The notes: a model not told the origin generated them from the letters alone. A stretch of DNA of 34,692 bases from Raoultibacter sp. (GCA_036638175.1 JAVWLC010000001.1:1-34692), one strand, 5' to 3'. Counted from the first letter of the stretch, positions 9,073 to 19,051 are shown. Program-made: numbers and translations.

Positions 9073-9756
9073 ATGGAAATTCAAACAGCGAGTTTACCGT
9101 CGCGTGGTTACAAGTCTGGTCTGCCTGAGTCCTTTGAGATGAAACCATTCGCTGGTCCTCAATTGCGCTCTATCTCAAAGGCAGTTGAGACTAAAGATAT
9201 GCGACACATTCTGATCGATGCGCTTGAGCCTTGTCTGAACGTACCACTGGTAGACATAACGATTCCTGATGCTCACGCATTAGTCTACCAGCAGCGTATG
9301 TTTATGAATAAGGTCGCTCCTGTGCGTACATACTGGCGCTGCAATAAACCGCTGTTTGAATATTCCGATGGTATTGTTAACGAACTGCGCAAAGAAGGTG
9401 GCGTTATCAATACATTCCCGTGTGCAACGAACAACGTTGGTGTTGTTGATGAGTCGTCGATGACTATCGCCATGCTTACTGCCGAGCATGATCGTTTTGA
9501 CTTGCCTCGTATGCGACACTACGAACGCGCCTCAGAAGATATGCTTTCATGGCACGTAGCGCACATGGGCCCAGCGTTTGACAGAAACATGGCGCTGTTG
9601 GAAGAACAACAAGACCTTAAGCTCTGGCACGAACTGTCCGAGTGGGTGCTTGCTGCCCGTCATGGTCTGCTGACCGAGATTGAACTGACCTGTCCTGCGT
9701 GTGGTCGTAAGTCTACGCGTGAATGGCAGATGACGCCTGTGATTTTTGTTAGCTGA
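9073..9756 (+). CDS. Tail/baseplate-hub assembly chaperone (T4 gp26-like) with C-terminal CxxC
   Basis: Start reassigned to ATG 9073; N-terminal LPSRG motif; CPACG near C-terminus; 227 aa. Confidence 0.6.
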   Translation: MEIQTASLPSRGYKSGLPESFEMKPFAGPQLRSISKAVETKDMRHILIDALEPCLNVPLVDITIPDAHALVYQQRMFMNKVAPVRTYWRCNKPLFEYSDGIVNELRKEGGVINTFPCATNNVGVVDESSMTIAMLTAEHDRFDLPRMRHYERASEDMLSWHVAHMGPAFDRNMALLEEQQDLKLWHELSEWVLAARHGLLTEIELTCPACGRKSTREWQMTPVIFVS

Positions 9757-10604
9757 TGTTAGAGATCTATGTACCATCAGGCAGATCTGATGTGCGTATC
9801 AAACGAATCACGGCAGACGCCATGCCTAGTCTGTATAACGCCCAGAAGTATAAACTGCCTGACCTATTTGTCGATACGTTAGCGCGATTCACCAACGTGA
9901 ACGTCCGTGAGATGTACCTCGAAGACTTCCGTTATATGATTGCGATGTTCGACAAAGATAGTTGGCCTCAGTCGCACCGTATGTATGAATGGCGTTGTAA
10001 CGAACCATTCTATGTTGATATGCACGGTGAGCGACACTATGAGCGACCAACAGGACGCAAGTATGTGAAAGTACCGTGCGGCGTTCTGAACACCGAAGAG
10101 GTCATGCGTCATCGCGTTATCTCTCATGAATGGTGCAAGCTGCCTGACGGTCTGCGCCATCCAACTGTACAGCGCTGGATTGAAGCCGAACTCCTTGCCG
10201 AAACATTCGACAGGACTATGGCAATGAATGCGATGTATATCGATAGTGACTTGCCTCTTGAGCAAACGCTGTTATACGTGAACCCAATGGAAATCATTAA
10301 CGCTGGGCATTACGCATTTACTAGCTGCGAACTGGAGACCAAGCACGTATGCAACCGTTGTTTCCGCACGTACACGTACACAACGCCGATTGACCTACTG
10401 GGTTATTTCCGTGTGTACTCTGATACATCTATGATGAATATGACGCTCGACCTTGCGTCTGCTAAGAGTATCTATGTGCCTGACGATGTGTCGATTAAGA
10501 AACTCCTGTACTGGCATAGCTCGTATGTTCAAGATAAGAACAAGGCCGAAGAGGCTAGAGCCATTGCTAGGTCTGCTGGTAGAGGTGGTCGTGGAGGTCG
10601 TTAA
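9756..10604 (+). CDS. Second tail/hub assembly chaperone, paralog of upstream gene
   Basis: 282 aa; VPSGR, WRCNEP (vs WRCNKP), CNRC; TGATG overlap; precedes tape-measure-like gene. Confidence 0.6.
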   Translation: MLEIYVPSGRSDVRIKRITADAMPSLYNAQKYKLPDLFVDTLARFTNVNVREMYLEDFRYMIAMFDKDSWPQSHRMYEWRCNEPFYVDMHGERHYERPTGRKYVKVPCGVLNTEEVMRHRVISHEWCKLPDGLRHPTVQRWIEAELLAETFDRTMAMNAMYIDSDLPLEQTLLYVNPMEIINAGHYAFTSCELETKHVCNRCFRTYTYTTPIDLLGYFRVYSDTSMMNMTLDLASAKSIYVPDDVSIKKLLYWHSSYVQDKNKAEEARAIARSAGRGGRGGR

Positions 10605-13276
10605 TGGCTAAACCAAAAGAGAAGGAACTCTCGGCACTCGAACTAATGATCGAACATGCCGAGAACATGAGCAGTTCCGTTGTTGGTATGCCTCGTTCGC
10701 GTAAAGCATCCAATCAACCTGACTTCTCTTTCAATCTTAACGCTCAAGATTTAGAAGATAGTGAGGAAGAGTATTACGTTGGCCCTGGCTCCAGAGCGAA
10801 GAATCGTGCAGCCAGAGAACGTCGTGAAGCTGCTAAGGCACGTCAGATTGATGTTAACGTCAAGACAACGCAGCCAACAGCAATCGCATCTCAACCCAAT
10901 CCACGCCAAGTCGAATCAGCGCTTGAAGACCTATTCATTGCTGGTGAGAGGTCTGGTGATGATATCGTTACTGCAATTCGTGACGGTAATGCAGTCAGTC
11001 AGAAGACGCAAGAGGCTCTCGAGGATTGGTTGAAGTGGGAGAAGTCCGAAGCGTTTAAGCAGAAGAACAAAGCGAAGTCAGACCCACACGGACAGCAACC
11101 TGGTGCAGGTGGGGAAGGCACTGGTCCCAATACTGGTCCTGCTAATGACGACGGTGGTGGCGATAACTTCAATGACGACGGTAGTGGCGATGAACGTCGA
11201 AGACGCCGCACTGGTGAGTCTCGTCGTCGTGGTCGTAGGTATGGTCGCAATAGCGGCAACCGTCGTGGTCCTGGTCGCAATCTTCCTCGTCCTAAACGCT
11301 TTCGTGGTAAGCTTGGCGCGATTCTTGGGATAGCTGCTGCTGGCGCTGCTGCCATAGGTGGTGGTCTGTGGTTGAAGAATCGTGCGAACGAAGAATTTGA
11401 AGAAGACAACGCAGCAAACGAAGGTGCTGGTGCTCCTGAACAACCGAAGCAAGTAGAACAGCAACAACCTGTCCGTACTGCTGACGTTACTAAAGCTGCG
11501 GAGACACTGCCAAGCGAAGCGCCTAAAGCACCATCTGCCGCACAGGATGCTGCTGTTGCTGGCACAAGTATGCTGCTCATGGGAGCGTCTAAGCGAATCC
11601 CTATCATCGGTCCTGCGTTAGGCAATGGCTTGATGTATGCCAATGATACGCAGCATATTGATGCAGATGAAACACTCACCGAAGATGAAAAAGCGCGAGA
11701 GAAGAAGAAAGCTGCTGGTTCGGCAATTGGAGGCACTGCTGCTGGTACTGGTGGTGCTGTCGCTGGAGCTTGGATTGGCGGAGCACTTGGCTCTGTGGTG
11801 CCTGTTGTTGGTACTGCTGCTGGTGCTGCACTTGGTGGTCTTCTTGGCGGTATCTTGGGTGATTACTTCGGTAGCTCTATAGGCGAGTACGTTGCTGATA
11901 AGATCACGGATGAGTCAGATAACATGCTGGCAGAAGGTGAGAAAGATCGCAAAGAGAAGATGGAAGAATACAACGAAGCGGCTGACGAGAACAAAGATAA
12001 GTCCAAGTTCCCGCAGCCGCTTATCATGCCTTTCAACATAGGTGGCATGGGTGGCGGTCTTCCAGGTTCTGGTGCTGGTACCTATCAAGGTCCAATGCGA
12101 GCACAGCCTTCTCGGCGTATGGACAGCAAACAAGTAACTGATATCGCCCAGAAAGCAATTGCTGAGGGAGGTCTTGGTTCTGTTAGTGAGCAGTTCGAGT
12201 CTGGTGGCCGTGGTGTTGGTACCGTATCTACAGGACAGGGTGATGCTGGTGGTGTGTCTTACGGTAAGCACCAGCTCGCTACGAACAACGGCAGTATGAT
12301 GAACTTCCTGAACAGCCCTGAAGGTAAGCCATTCTTGCAGCGCTTTGGTGGCCTTGCTCCTGGTACAGCGCAGTTCAACTCCGTGTATAAAGACGTTGCT
12401 AACACTCAAGGTGCTGACTTCGATAAAGCGCAGTCTGACTATATCACTCGTACACACTACGCACCAATGGTAGCGAAACTCCAGAACGATGTTGGCGTTG
12501 ACCTGTCTTCTCGCGGTTCTGGCGTGAAAGAGATGATCTACTCCACTGCTGTGCAATATGGTGCAGGTAGTTCTGTAGTTGCTAACGCTCTCAAAGGTAA
12601 AGACGTGAACGCCATGACAGACCCTGAGCTTATTCAAGCAGTACAGGACTACAAGGCAGCAACAACCGATCGTTACTTCAAATCGAGTTCAGCGCAGACC
12701 CAGCAATCAGTTGCTATGCGAGCGCAGAATGAGAAGGACGTGTTACTCAAGGTCCATGAAGCGGAACAGAAGAAGAAAGCTGTAAATACTCCTAAGCCTG
12801 TAGATGCAGAAGCGGAACACGATGCTCGTATCGCTGAGAAGTTTCCTGGTCTAAAGAAAGGGACAGGTCCGCAGCATGATGGTCCTGTTGATGAGAACTT
12901 GAAGAATCTACCAGACCTTACAGGTAGAGGTCCAGTACGACCCAAGTCATCTCCTGAGGAATATGAGAAGCAACTGCAAGAACGTGTTGCTCTCGCGGCT
13001 CCTGATGTTAATCGCATTCAACCTGTTGCTCAACCAGAAGCGCCTATCGAACGTCAACCTCTCGTAACAGAAGGTGATGTTGCTCGACAGGAAGCACCGC
13101 CAGTAACACCTGTTGTTGCTCCTGCTGCCCAAGCTCCTTCTGGTGGTGCTGTATCACGCCCTGCTGCTAGTGGTGGCAATAATAGCGCTAACCCAAGTGC
13201 TGGACATTCACTCGATAACATCCCTGTGTTCTTGGATGACCCGATGCTGAATGCTATCACTACTGGTTATATGTGA
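10604..13276 (+). CDS. Tape-measure-like protein with VgrG3-type peptidoglycan hydrolase domain
   Basis: 890 aa; Gly-zipper hydrophobic segments; LGSVSEQFESGG...GDAGGVSYGKHQL...YSTAVQYG lysozyme-like motif set. Confidence 0.75.
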   Translation: MAKPKEKELSALELMIEHAENMSSSVVGMPRSRKASNQPDFSFNLNAQDLEDSEEEYYVGPGSRAKNRAARERREAAKARQIDVNVKTTQPTAIASQPNPRQVESALEDLFIAGERSGDDIVTAIRDGNAVSQKTQEALEDWLKWEKSEAFKQKNKAKSDPHGQQPGAGGEGTGPNTGPANDDGGGDNFNDDGSGDERRRRRTGESRRRGRRYGRNSGNRRGPGRNLPRPKRFRGKLGAILGIAAAGAAAIGGGLWLKNRANEEFEEDNAANEGAGAPEQPKQVEQQQPVRTADVTKAAETLPSEAPKAPSAAQDAAVAGTSMLLMGASKRIPIIGPALGNGLMYANDTQHIDADETLTEDEKAREKKKAAGSAIGGTAAGTGGAVAGAWIGGALGSVVPVVGTAAGAALGGLLGGILGDYFGSSIGEYVADKITDESDNMLAEGEKDRKEKMEEYNEAADENKDKSKFPQPLIMPFNIGGMGGGLPGSGAGTYQGPMRAQPSRRMDSKQVTDIAQKAIAEGGLGSVSEQFESGGRGVGTVSTGQGDAGGVSYGKHQLATNNGSMMNFLNSPEGKPFLQRFGGLAPGTAQFNSVYKDVANTQGADFDKAQSDYITRTHYAPMVAKLQNDVGVDLSSRGSGVKEMIYSTAVQYGAGSSVVANALKGKDVNAMTDPELIQAVQDYKAATTDRYFKSSSAQTQQSVAMRAQNEKDVLLKVHEAEQKKKAVNTPKPVDAEAEHDARIAEKFPGLKKGTGPQHDGPVDENLKNLPDLTGRGPVRPKSSPEEYEKQLQERVALAAPDVNRIQPVAQPEAPIERQPLVTEGDVARQEAPPVTPVVAPAAQAPSGGAVSRPAASGGNNSANPSAGHSLDNIPVFLDDPMLNAITTGYM

Positions 13277-13289
13277 TTAAGGAGAATGT

Positions 13290-14105
13290 GTGGCTAACTA
13301 TTTAATGCCTGCCGATGGTGGGCAAGCCACTGCTGTTGGCACGATGCGTTCGCGTGAAGATATCATGACCGTGGACAATATGTATCGTGTGAAGATCTAC
13401 AACAAAAGTGGTACGATTCAGTTCACAGGCTTCATCCCACCAGACTTCAACTTCTCATTGTCTAGCTCATGGGACGCACCGTTCGCTAACACCTCGTTAG
13501 CTGACCTTGCCGGCTCTGCGGGTAATGCAATGGGAGGTATGCCTGGTAAGCTAGGTACGGCAGCACAGGCAATCGGTAATGGTGCAAGCGCATTCGACAA
13601 GGCTTTGAAGTTTGCTGGTGCAAGCTCAATGCACAAACTTGCGAGTGCTCGCGTATGGGGAGGTCCAAGCTATCTGCAAATCGACCTACCGATATTCGTT
13701 GACGCCTATTCAGATACACGCACCGAAGTTGTAGAGACTACTGTTAACCTGCTGTCTCTTTGTGCGCCTTCTGATAACGGCGGCTTGCTCGTACCTCCGG
13801 GCCCAAGCCCATTGAAGGCTGTTAGTATGGAAGCCATGACGTTAGCTGCTGGTGGTGGCGGAGCCGATGCTGCCAACGCTGCGATGAATAACGTGCTTGA
13901 GGATAGTGAAGCGTTCTTTGTTGATATTGGTAATTTCTTCTCAATGAGTCCGTGTGTTGTTGATAGCGTTAGCGCTAACTTCGACAACGTGTGGGAAGAC
14001 GGTACTGGTAATCCAATCAGCATTGACTTCATTCTCCAAGTCAGTAGCTACTTCGCTGTAACTCGTGAGGACCTCAAGAAATGGCTGAAACTATCGCAAC
14101 GATAG
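13290..14105 (+). CDS. Baseplate/tube-junction protein (putative)
   Basis: 271 aa, GTG start with AAGGAG RBS; C-terminal VDSVSANFD...GNPISIDFILQV pattern of tube-initiator-like proteins; follows tape measure. Confidence 0.55.
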   Translation: MANYLMPADGGQATAVGTMRSREDIMTVDNMYRVKIYNKSGTIQFTGFIPPDFNFSLSSSWDAPFANTSLADLAGSAGNAMGGMPGKLGTAAQAIGNGASAFDKALKFAGASSMHKLASARVWGGPSYLQIDLPIFVDAYSDTRTEVVETTVNLLSLCAPSDNGGLLVPPGPSPLKAVSMEAMTLAAGGGGADAANAAMNNVLEDSEAFFVDIGNFFSMSPCVVDSVSANFDNVWEDGTGNPISIDFILQVSSYFAVTREDLKKWLKLSQR

Positions 14106-14374
14106 ACAAGTGGGGGATTGACCCTCTGTCCATGAAAATATTCGACGATGTGGATAACGCTGTGTATGGTAATCCTGTTCGTATCGATGCTTCTATGGAG
14201 GGTAACCCTCAATTGTTGTCGCATGTTAAATACGGCTCGAACGCCAACTGGACGTTGCTGCTTATAGCTAACGGCTTGCTTCATCCATCTGAGATGACTG
14301 CTGGTATGCTGGTAGCAGTGCCAATGAAGCGTCCGAGCGCACCCAACAAGAAGTTAAAGAGGACGCAAATATAA
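14081..14374 (+). CDS. Small baseplate protein (T4 gp53 / P2 gpX LysM-like)
   Basis: 97 aa; PQLLSHVKYGSNANWTLLLIANGL..P..M.AG..V.VP motif. Confidence 0.75.
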   Translation: MAETIATIDKWGIDPLSMKIFDDVDNAVYGNPVRIDASMEGNPQLLSHVKYGSNANWTLLLIANGLLHPSEMTAGMLVAVPMKRPSAPNKKLKRTQI

Positions 14375-14802
14375 TGGCAATGGTCAACGGTAAGATTGTA
14401 GGCACTAAGGCTAAGAAGATTAAGAAAGCTCTCAAGCTCGATAAACCTAAGGAAGAGGCTGAGCCGAAGAAGAAAGCCAAAGTATCTAAGAAAGAAAAGA
14501 ATCATATCAAGGAAGATAAGACTGCCAAGACAAAGAAAACGAAGAAGACACGCAAAGAAACTTCTGAGCCTGAAATCTTTCGTATTCAAATTGGTCCGAA
14601 TACTTTCCTTTCCGTTGACCTTGATGAAAGCGATAAGGGTGAGCAGATAGTAGCTGTTCGCAAATGGTATAACACCCAAAAAGACCCTGAGATCAAACAG
14701 GCACGTGGTGGCTTCAATATGCAGCCTAAGTCATCTGAATTGAAACTGCTGGCTACTCGTCTGCGTGATATTGCACGGGTCATTGATGAGTCTAAGGATT
14801 AA
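14374..14802 (+). CDS. Lys-rich protein with PC4/Sub1-like ssDNA-binding domain
   Basis: 142 aa; K-rich N-terminal ~65 aa; IQIGPNTFLSV...VAVRKWYNT...EIKQARGGFNM resembles PC4 core. Confidence 0.6.
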   Translation: MAMVNGKIVGTKAKKIKKALKLDKPKEEAEPKKKAKVSKKEKNHIKEDKTAKTKKTKKTRKETSEPEIFRIQIGPNTFLSVDLDESDKGEQIVAVRKWYNTQKDPEIKQARGGFNMQPKSSELKLLATRLRDIARVIDESKD

Positions 14803-14804
14803 TC

Positions 14805-16700
14805 ATGGCTGACCAGGCATCATCTGGTGGCGTAAAAGACCAAGGCTTCTTTGGTCTTTTGTTGGACGGCAAAGCACCGCCGTCTATGCCCAATCTTATT
14901 CGTTCCGTCCATGTGTACGAAAACACATTTGCAGTCCCTTGCGCTCTGATTGTATTCGCTGATCAGACGAACACCTTACGCTCCACACACGCAATTGTGG
15001 ACGGCACGAAGATTACATTGGTATTAGGCCCGTCGCCTGACGCAGCATCGACGCTAACATTCTCTGTGTTTGCAGTGCGTGAGTACGGTGAAGGTGGCGT
15101 CCAAATGCTTAACGTGCTGTGCGCTCTTGACGCGCCCGCCTTCCTGTTCGATACGCGTAGCTTTAGCATTCGCGGAACATCTCTCGACGCTCTCAAACAA
15201 GTAGCATCATTCGGTGGCTTAACTCCTGACTTCGGTGACCTGCAAGCACAAGATATAATGACCTGGACGTCTGCTGCTTGTTCTCCTAAGAAGTTTGCGC
15301 ATGAGATTGAACAACATATCTGGGTGTCGGAAGAAGCGCTGCCTAAGATGTTCATCACTGCCGATAAGCGCATGGTAGTGCGTGATATCAATAGCCTGTT
15401 TGAGAAAGATCCTGTTGCGTACTGGATATTCAACCACACACCCTCAGGCAAGACACCATCGTATAACCTGCATGAGTTTAGACCAAAGTCGCTTAGTGGT
15501 ATCTTCAACGGTATGTCCAACTATGGTGATAAACTGCTGTGGGCTGACTCTAAGGGTAAGACGAACGAACTGTCCTCTGTTACTGTCAAAGGCCGCGACC
15601 CGCTGAACATTAACAGCGATACTCGTGGCGATATCGTTGCAGCACGTAAAGCGTATGCCCGACCGACCAACGATATCAATATCCATGACAAGTACATGCA
15701 GGCGTACTACAGCAACAAACGCCAGTCGATGACTTATACCGAGACTGCTCGCGCTCTTATCTTAGGCGGCTGTCCAGAAGTTGATATATTCGATATCGTT
15801 AGCGTGGACGCGGGTGTGTTATCCACATCGCGTGAAGTGAAGACTGACGATAAGCTATCTGGTAAGTGGCTGGTGATTGGTCGTACTCGCGTGTTCGTTG
15901 GTGGTATGTATAGCGAAGCCTTCCTGCTTGCGCGTAACTTTACTCCTGTTGAAGGTACGTCGAATATAGGCGGTGGCTCTAACATTATCCAGACACCTCT
16001 GGCTACAGTTGCGAACGTGCTACGTCCGTTTCAGATTAACGCCAACATCAAACAAGCGCTCGATGGTTCGAATCCATTAGACTGGGTTGCACAACAACAT
16101 AACCTCCAGCTCGATGTGATGTTAGGTCAGTTCCAGACTGAGAGTGAGATGTTTAAATTCCCAGAGCTGGCTGCCAAGTACGGTGATGGTGTCGATTACC
16201 TGAATGCGTTGATGCAAGAGTTCAACATGGCTAAGTATCTGACAGGTATCTGTAGTGCGTTGAATAGTCTGGAGAAGCTGAGTGTTAACCTTGCAATCAA
16301 CTACAAGGGTGGCATACTCGACGCGCTTGCTGGACGTATTGATAGTATGGAAGGTATGATGGGTGGATTCACGAATGATATCAACGGTCTGATATCTAAC
16401 GGTGATATCCCTGCTGAGTATCTTGACGGTCCGCAGATCAACCAGCGTTGTGTTAGTAACAAGCTGGAAGATATGAACCGCATGCTGTCCGATGCACTGC
16501 CTGACAAATGTCTCGATGCGTTCTCTATCAGCAAGCTACTTGGGCCAAGCACTAACCTTGCGCAATTGATTCGCCAACAGGAAGAGAATCTGCGTAACTT
16601 CTTGTGCTCTCTTGGTGATGGCACTGTCGATGGTTCGAATAAGACAGGCACGCCAGATGGCGAGAAACTTGAAATGTACCTGCCGCGAGTGAACAAATGA
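14805..16700 (+). CDS. Baseplate hub protein (gp27/VgrG-N-like) with C-terminal helical extension
   Basis: 631 aa directly before spike gene; KLSGKWLVIG hub-type motif. Confidence 0.65.
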   Translation: MADQASSGGVKDQGFFGLLLDGKAPPSMPNLIRSVHVYENTFAVPCALIVFADQTNTLRSTHAIVDGTKITLVLGPSPDAASTLTFSVFAVREYGEGGVQMLNVLCALDAPAFLFDTRSFSIRGTSLDALKQVASFGGLTPDFGDLQAQDIMTWTSAACSPKKFAHEIEQHIWVSEEALPKMFITADKRMVVRDINSLFEKDPVAYWIFNHTPSGKTPSYNLHEFRPKSLSGIFNGMSNYGDKLLWADSKGKTNELSSVTVKGRDPLNINSDTRGDIVAARKAYARPTNDINIHDKYMQAYYSNKRQSMTYTETARALILGGCPEVDIFDIVSVDAGVLSTSREVKTDDKLSGKWLVIGRTRVFVGGMYSEAFLLARNFTPVEGTSNIGGGSNIIQTPLATVANVLRPFQINANIKQALDGSNPLDWVAQQHNLQLDVMLGQFQTESEMFKFPELAAKYGDGVDYLNALMQEFNMAKYLTGICSALNSLEKLSVNLAINYKGGILDALAGRIDSMEGMMGGFTNDINGLISNGDIPAEYLDGPQINQRCVSNKLEDMNRMLSDALPDKCLDAFSISKLLGPSTNLAQLIRQQEENLRNFLCSLGDGTVDGSNKTGTPDGEKLEMYLPRVNK

Positions 16701-17485
16701 TCCCGTTAAATACAATTCAATCGAAGAAAGGGATTGACCCTCAAATGGAATATGAGGCTATCGTCATCGACAACAATGACCCTATGCGTATCGGCCAGAT
16801 TCGTGCGCGTATCATGGGGCTGACTGATGATATCTCTGACGAAAACATTCCGTGGATTCGCCCTGCTGTTGGCCATCTCGAAGGACTCAAAGGTGGCTCG
16901 CAGGGAGTTGTCTTTGGTGCGCAGTTCATTCCAACGCGTGGCGGTAAGGTAAGCGTTAAGTTTCCTACTGGCCAGTTGCATGAGGGGATGTACAGCACTA
17001 ACGTGCGCATGACGCAACAAGATATGTTGCCTGAGTTTCAGGTGAACTATCCGCATCGCGTGGGTGTACGTCTATCTACTGGTACCCAGCTCATCATTGA
17101 CCGCATGACTAACGAGCACTTCTTAGTTACCTCAGGCGACTTCAATATGACGATCATGGGCGATGTTAATCAGACTATTGTTGGTAACCAGCAACTGATT
17201 ATTACAGGCAGCAAGGGAGACATTCCAGACTACATTCTGAATGACCCAACGATGACGCCTAAGAATCTCAAGCCCGACCCGAAGAAGCGTATCAAGTTTA
17301 AAGGTACTCCCAAGGGTGACGCTGGTAATCAGTATACGAAGATCACTGGCAATCAGACTGTTGAGATTGGTGGTAATCGTGTGACCAAGATCAAAGGCAG
17401 TGATACGCTGGACGTTAAGGGAGGCGTTAAGATCGAATCTGGTCAGGAAGTAACTGTAAATGGACAGACAATCAACCTAAACTAA
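16697..17485 (+). CDS. Baseplate central spike (gp5/gpV-like OB-fold plus beta-helix)
   Basis: 262 aa; VIDNNDPMRIGQIRARI, IPW, P..GG.V.V.F motifs; C-terminal beta-helix repeats; no lysozyme insert. Confidence 0.9.
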   Translation: MIPLNTIQSKKGIDPQMEYEAIVIDNNDPMRIGQIRARIMGLTDDISDENIPWIRPAVGHLEGLKGGSQGVVFGAQFIPTRGGKVSVKFPTGQLHEGMYSTNVRMTQQDMLPEFQVNYPHRVGVRLSTGTQLIIDRMTNEHFLVTSGDFNMTIMGDVNQTIVGNQQLIITGSKGDIPDYILNDPTMTPKNLKPDPKKRIKFKGTPKGDAGNQYTKITGNQTVEIGGNRVTKIKGSDTLDVKGGVKIESGQEVTVNGQTINLN

Positions 17486-17495
17486 GGAATAAGTG

Positions 17496-18218
17496 ATGCT
17501 GCGTACATTAATGCACCGTACAATGAACTTCGCGTATATCGAACAAGGCGTCCCTCGTGTGTTGACTGCTCGTGTCATGATGGAATTTCCCATAGGCATG
17601 CAGACTCACGCCCAGCACATCCTGAGCAACATCGCAATGCAACGCAATAACCTCTTTGTTATTAACGACGAAGATGTGGAATATCAATCTGGAGCACTAG
17701 TAACGGATCATGTCACATGGAACTTATCTGATCGTACCGTCACAGCAATCCCACGCGCCGAGAAAGATCCTGCAAACCGTAGCTGCATCTGTTGTGCTAT
17801 GGCTGACCACTTTACGCGACAAATGGGACACTGGCTGCGGAGCCGTAAGCAAGACGCTGATAAGATTACGCTTGACGTTGTTCTTGCTGACCATGAAGAC
17901 TCTCAATTCATCGACGATAACGCCACTGACCTCGAAGCCCTATTTTTCCAGGCATCTGTCTATGTGCTGGAGAAGGGCTCCAGTACGTGGTCTAGCTATG
18001 GTGTGTTCTTTACTGATCAACGTAAGTTTGATGGCCATACCATCTTCCTTAAGGAAAAGGGGACAGCTCCAGTCAGTTCACCACATCTGCAAGTCAACAT
18101 CTCAGATTATAATCCTTACGGTAGCCCTTCTGATGGTGATAGTCTCCATGGCATCCTCAGTGGTTTCACTGATCGCTTCGGTATGTACAATGGTATCCTT
18201 ATGATCAAGGAAGAATAA
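17496..18218 (+). CDS. Hypothetical protein
   Basis: ~240 aa; AAGGAA RBS; ATG 17496 or GTG 17493. Confidence 0.7.
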   Translation: MLRTLMHRTMNFAYIEQGVPRVLTARVMMEFPIGMQTHAQHILSNIAMQRNNLFVINDEDVEYQSGALVTDHVTWNLSDRTVTAIPRAEKDPANRSCICCAMADHFTRQMGHWLRSRKQDADKITLDVVLADHEDSQFIDDNATDLEALFFQASVYVLEKGSSTWSSYGVFFTDQRKFDGHTIFLKEKGTAPVSSPHLQVNISDYNPYGSPSDGDSLHGILSGFTDRFGMYNGILMIKEE

Positions 18219-18508
18219 TGAATTTCGATATCTGGTGTGGAGATGTACCGACTGATGCCCAAGCTGCTCGCATGTACGGGCTTATGAGTAAAACGATGAA
18301 GAAGGTTGGTAAGCCTTTCTTCGCGCATACTCTCGTTCTATCTGGACCTGCTGCTGACGACGCATTCGATGTGTTGTCTCACGCTGGCTGCAACGTATCG
18401 AAGAAAGCGACCAAGCACCGTGTTAAACACGCTGTCGTTATCTCCGGTCCAGCGCCAAGCGACTTCATGCAGAAGCGCAAACAAGTGCTTATCTGCCCAG
18501 ACGTCTAG
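18218..18508 (+). CDS. Hypothetical protein
   Basis: 96 aa; TAATG overlap; AAGGAAG RBS. Confidence 0.65.
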   Translation: MNFDIWCGDVPTDAQAARMYGLMSKTMKKVGKPFFAHTLVLSGPAADDAFDVLSHAGCNVSKKATKHRVKHAVVISGPAPSDFMQKRKQVLICPDV

Positions 18509-18513
18509 TCCAT

Positions 18514-18521
18514 GCTAATTT
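18514..18521 (+). promoter_or_regulatory. Candidate late promoter GCTAATTT
   Basis: Intergenic; identical to 5562 and 23869. Confidence 0.55.
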
Positions 18522-18550
18522 AGAGTAGACTATCACAACAGGAGACGTCC

Positions 18551-19051
18551 ATGCTTTCTTTATCACAAGCGTGGGGCACAAAGTTTTTCCCCACAGCCGT
18601 TGAGCCAAGTGCTCTGACAACTATGATTTTCGCATCGGCCATGAACTTGACTGGTGCTCGTTCGCTATCTGAATCCGCAGTAGAACAGAACTGTCCACGT
18701 GCGGCACAGATTGCTCGTCCGTTTGCTGATGCTGCTCAATTCGTACAGCGTGTCTACAACAAACATCCTGAGTACCAAATCGTTGTATTAGGTACCAGTG
18801 GCATGGCGTCACATGCAATCGTTGTCGATGGTGACGGTGAGATTGTGTTTGACTCATACGCCAATTGCCGTGCGCAGTATTTCCCTAATACTCTGTATAG
18901 CTATTCGATGACAGGCTTCACGCAGGACCTCAAACCTCTTGCGTCAATCTCTCTGCACGGTGCTTACTGTACGCTGCAAGAAGAAGGCCTGTGGAAAGAT
19001 AATTCCTGGTCGTGGGACGTTGATATGCCCCGCGGGACTGACTATCTATGA
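18551..19051 (+). CDS. Hypothetical protein, possible papain/transglutaminase-like Cys-His-Asp enzyme
   Basis: 166 aa; AGGAG RBS; QNC..AA, SHAIVV, VFDS motifs in catalytic-triad order. Confidence 0.5.
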   Translation: MLSLSQAWGTKFFPTAVEPSALTTMIFASAMNLTGARSLSESAVEQNCPRAAQIARPFADAAQFVQRVYNKHPEYQIVVLGTSGMASHAIVVDGDGEIVFDSYANCRAQYFPNTLYSYSMTGFTQDLKPLASISLHGAYCTLQEEGLWKDNSWSWDVDMPRGTDYL

